The notes beneath the pieces are model-generated. The model ran no database searches, was not told the DNA's origin, and saw only the letters and a program-made list of their open reading frames with translations. 64,000 bases of DNA from the NCBI GenBank assembly GCA_024614665.1, contig GCA_024614665.1_4861.1; one strand, given 5' to 3'. Below are positions 62,248-64,000 of this stretch, piece by piece; position 1 is the stretch's first letter; every line of letters begins with the position of its first letter. A program made the translations under genes and the position numbers. The stretch is from a phage.

Positions 62248-62303
62248 TTGTTTCGGTTCCTTTGGTTATAACCCAATTACACGCCCCTAGATAAGGGGCC
62301 CCC

Positions 62304-62861
62304 TTAGGGACGTGCGATTTTTAAAAACACTGCTAACGACGAGATCATATCGGATAACCCGTTCGGACGTGTCAACCAACGTGCCAGCAGTTCGTGGTCT
62401 GCATAAGATAATAGACGCCGGTCAGGCGTGTACGTCTGATGCGCAGTTCCCATTTGGCGAACTTGCCCACTACGGCCGTAAGCCGCAGCAAGAAGTCGTG
62501 AGCCCAGGGAACCGGTTCGCTCTACTTGCTTGGTAGAGTGGATATCGTTCATGTACGATACCAGAAGAACGGACCACTGTCCTGTTGACACTGTACGGCG
62601 TTTACCGTCAAGTATGAACGATGCAGTTTCGTTATAGAACGTATTAAACGTAAAACCGACCTGCGGATATTCGTCATATAATACTTGTTGGACAGAGTCA
62701 GCGCCCATCATGCGGAAATACGGCAGCACGACGGCTGCAGCTTCCAGGGTTTCATGTATCAGTTCGTCGTCATGAACCAGCACGGGGTTTTGGGTCAGTT
62801 TCGCCATGTAGTTTTTAATCAACTTCTCGGCGAGGTTAAAATTCTGGTCATTGTCAAACAT
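62304..62861 (-). CDS. hypothetical protein, 185 aa
   Basis: ORF track. Confidence 0.55.
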   Translation of the reverse strand: MFDNDQNFNLAEKLIKNYMAKLTQNPVLVHDDELIHETLEAAAVVLPYFRMMGADSVQQVLYDEYPQVGFTFNTFYNETASFILDGKRRTVSTGQWSVLLVSYMNDIHSTKQVERTGSLGSRLLAAAYGRSGQVRQMGTAHQTYTPDRRLLSYADHELLARWLTRPNGLSDMISSLAVFLKIARP

Positions 62862-62884
62862 GAGACTCTCCTGATAATACGGCC

Positions 62885-63817
62885 TTAAACCAGACCGTAT
62901 TTTTTCTCCAGACGTTCACGTTTGTACTTGAGTTCCATCAAGCGCTTTTCGTGCGCTTCGATGAGTTTCTCAATGTGCACGTCCCCTTCACCGGCAGCCA
63001 GTTGTTTCTTGTACAACAGAATACGCAGTTCAGTCGCTTTCGCGGCTTCCACGCACTCGTCATAACGATCCATTTGCCATTCTGCAATATTCAGACGCAC
63101 GCGGTAGACGATCGACAGCGGGAACGGGACGGAGGACATGCCCAGCGGGTCAGTGGTGTTCGAACCGAACTGCTGAACCAATTGGCTATATGTCTCTTCG
63201 TCAAACACCGCTTCGGGTATCTCAGCGTAGTCTGCTTTCAGTTTGGTAATGGGGGTTGCCAGGACGCGCACCGCAATACAGAAAGACGTCTTACGAGTTT
63301 GCAGATACTGAAGGTCTTTCGGACCGATTCCCTTCACTGCAATGTTCGAGTCTTGTACAGCGGCAATCTCTTCGGCCGTGATGTAGTTAATCAGGGTGCT
63401 AGCGTAACCGACGAAGAATTCGATCATATCCAGCAACTGCAACACGGTTTGTTTGTTGAACGTTAGAGATGATGTCACCAACGTCTTCCCGATGTCACGG
63501 TCGATACACTGCTCCAGGAAAGGTCGCAGCGCCTGTACGTTCTGCATAGACGCGATGACGTACTCCAGCATACTTGCGTTACGTAACCCTTTAACTTCCA
63601 AACCGGAGCTATGCAGGTACTTAACGATTTCAGTAGAAAGGTCTGCAACAGGCTTCGCTTTAAATGGCTTACCCTGGATACTTCCTACCAGTTCCTGGAG
63701 GTTCTGGAACTGTGGCTCTAACGCAGCAATCGAGTCGCAGTTAGATGACAGTTGATTTTTTAAGTTGGTGGCTTCGAAGCTCGGCAGCAACATCGCCAAC
63801 ATATTCGGAATCGGCAT
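62885..63817 (-). CDS. hypothetical protein, about 310 aa
   Basis: ATG at 63815-63817 with AAGGGGA SD (track start is further upstream). Confidence 0.55.
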   Translation of the reverse strand: MPIPNMLAMLLPSFEATNLKNQLSSNCDSIAALEPQFQNLQELVGSIQGKPFKAKPVADLSTEIVKYLHSSGLEVKGLRNASMLEYVIASMQNVQALRPFLEQCIDRDIGKTLVTSSLTFNKQTVLQLLDMIEFFVGYASTLINYITAEEIAAVQDSNIAVKGIGPKDLQYLQTRKTSFCIAVRVLATPITKLKADYAEIPEAVFDEETYSQLVQQFGSNTTDPLGMSSVPFPLSIVYRVRLNIAEWQMDRYDECVEAAKATELRILLYKKQLAAGEGDVHIEKLIEAHEKRLMELKYKRERLEKKYGLV

Positions 63818-63827
63818 TCTTTTCCCC

Positions 63828-64000
63828 TTACAGTACCGGATTCGCGCCAGCGCGATAGGCATCGATGATTTTGTTTACATCGCCGCTACCGGACTTCGCC
63901 TTGCTAAAGTCTGATTTGTCGAGTTCCTGAGACCCGGTCTGACCACGCGTATAAATGGTTACACGGTTCCAGGTCTGGTCGACAACCACGTAGTAAACAG
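63828..64000 (-). CDS. hypothetical protein, 3' fragment (gene starts beyond window end)
   Basis: Open minus-strand frame from window edge to TAA at 63828-63830 (...DVNKIIDAYRAGANPVL*). Confidence 0.4.
   Translation of the reverse strand, partial: VYYVVVDQTWNRVTIYTRGQTGSQELDKSDFSKAKSGSGDVNKIIDAYRAGANPVL

Noticed and set aside
1-64000. tRNA genes, CRISPR arrays, integrase, transposase or insertion sequences
   Set aside because: No cloverleaf-capable 70-90 nt segments, no regularly spaced direct repeats with unique spacers, and no recombinase/transposase motifs were seen in any frame; the region looks like a lytic phage core rather than a mobile island.

Overview
The window reads as a compact stretch of a large virulent tailed dsDNA phage genome (likely a Gram-negative host, given AAGGAG-type ribosome binding sites). 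I count about 89 protein-coding genes, 87 of them on the minus strand, with only two long plus-strand genes (35149..37890 and 46917..48479) that each diverge head-to-head from a minus-strand gene. Products I can call from motifs: Dam-type N6-adenine methyltransferase (DPPY), thymidylate kinase (P-loop plus DRF..ST..YQG), dihydrofolate reductase, RuvC-like resolvase, a PP-loop ATP pyrophosphatase, three clear GNAT acetyltransferases, an HTH regulator, and a DprA/SLOG-like Rossmann protein. Most other proteins have no function I can assign; several large ones (1005, 913, 766, 727, 592, 558 aa) are probably virion or enzymatic components. Transcription signals are unusually regular: a repeated promoter-like motif (mRNA sense TTTCAGATATATATTACCTTAGGTGAG, with a CAGATAGAT(G/A)TTATC variant) often followed by a conserved leader (TAATCGACCATTAATCTTAAGGAGT), and many GC-stem hairpins with a UUCG-type loop plus U-tract downstream of genes. 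The TATATTAC core resembles what I recall of early promoters of phiKZ-like jumbo phages, but I did not find RNA polymerase, tubulin or terminase motifs, so family assignment is tentative. The most interesting loci are: a hairpin-rich island at 48480..49130 holding two tandem paralogous 48-aa genes missed by the ORF track; the promoter/leader family; a nested-palindrome plus TTAGAGGG-repeat element at 51079..51196; a PP-loop/Cys-motif gene module; a GNAT-Dam cluster; and several tandem paralog families. No tRNA, CRISPR array, integrase or transposase was seen. All coordinates and motif calls are from reading the sequence by eye; no database search was run.
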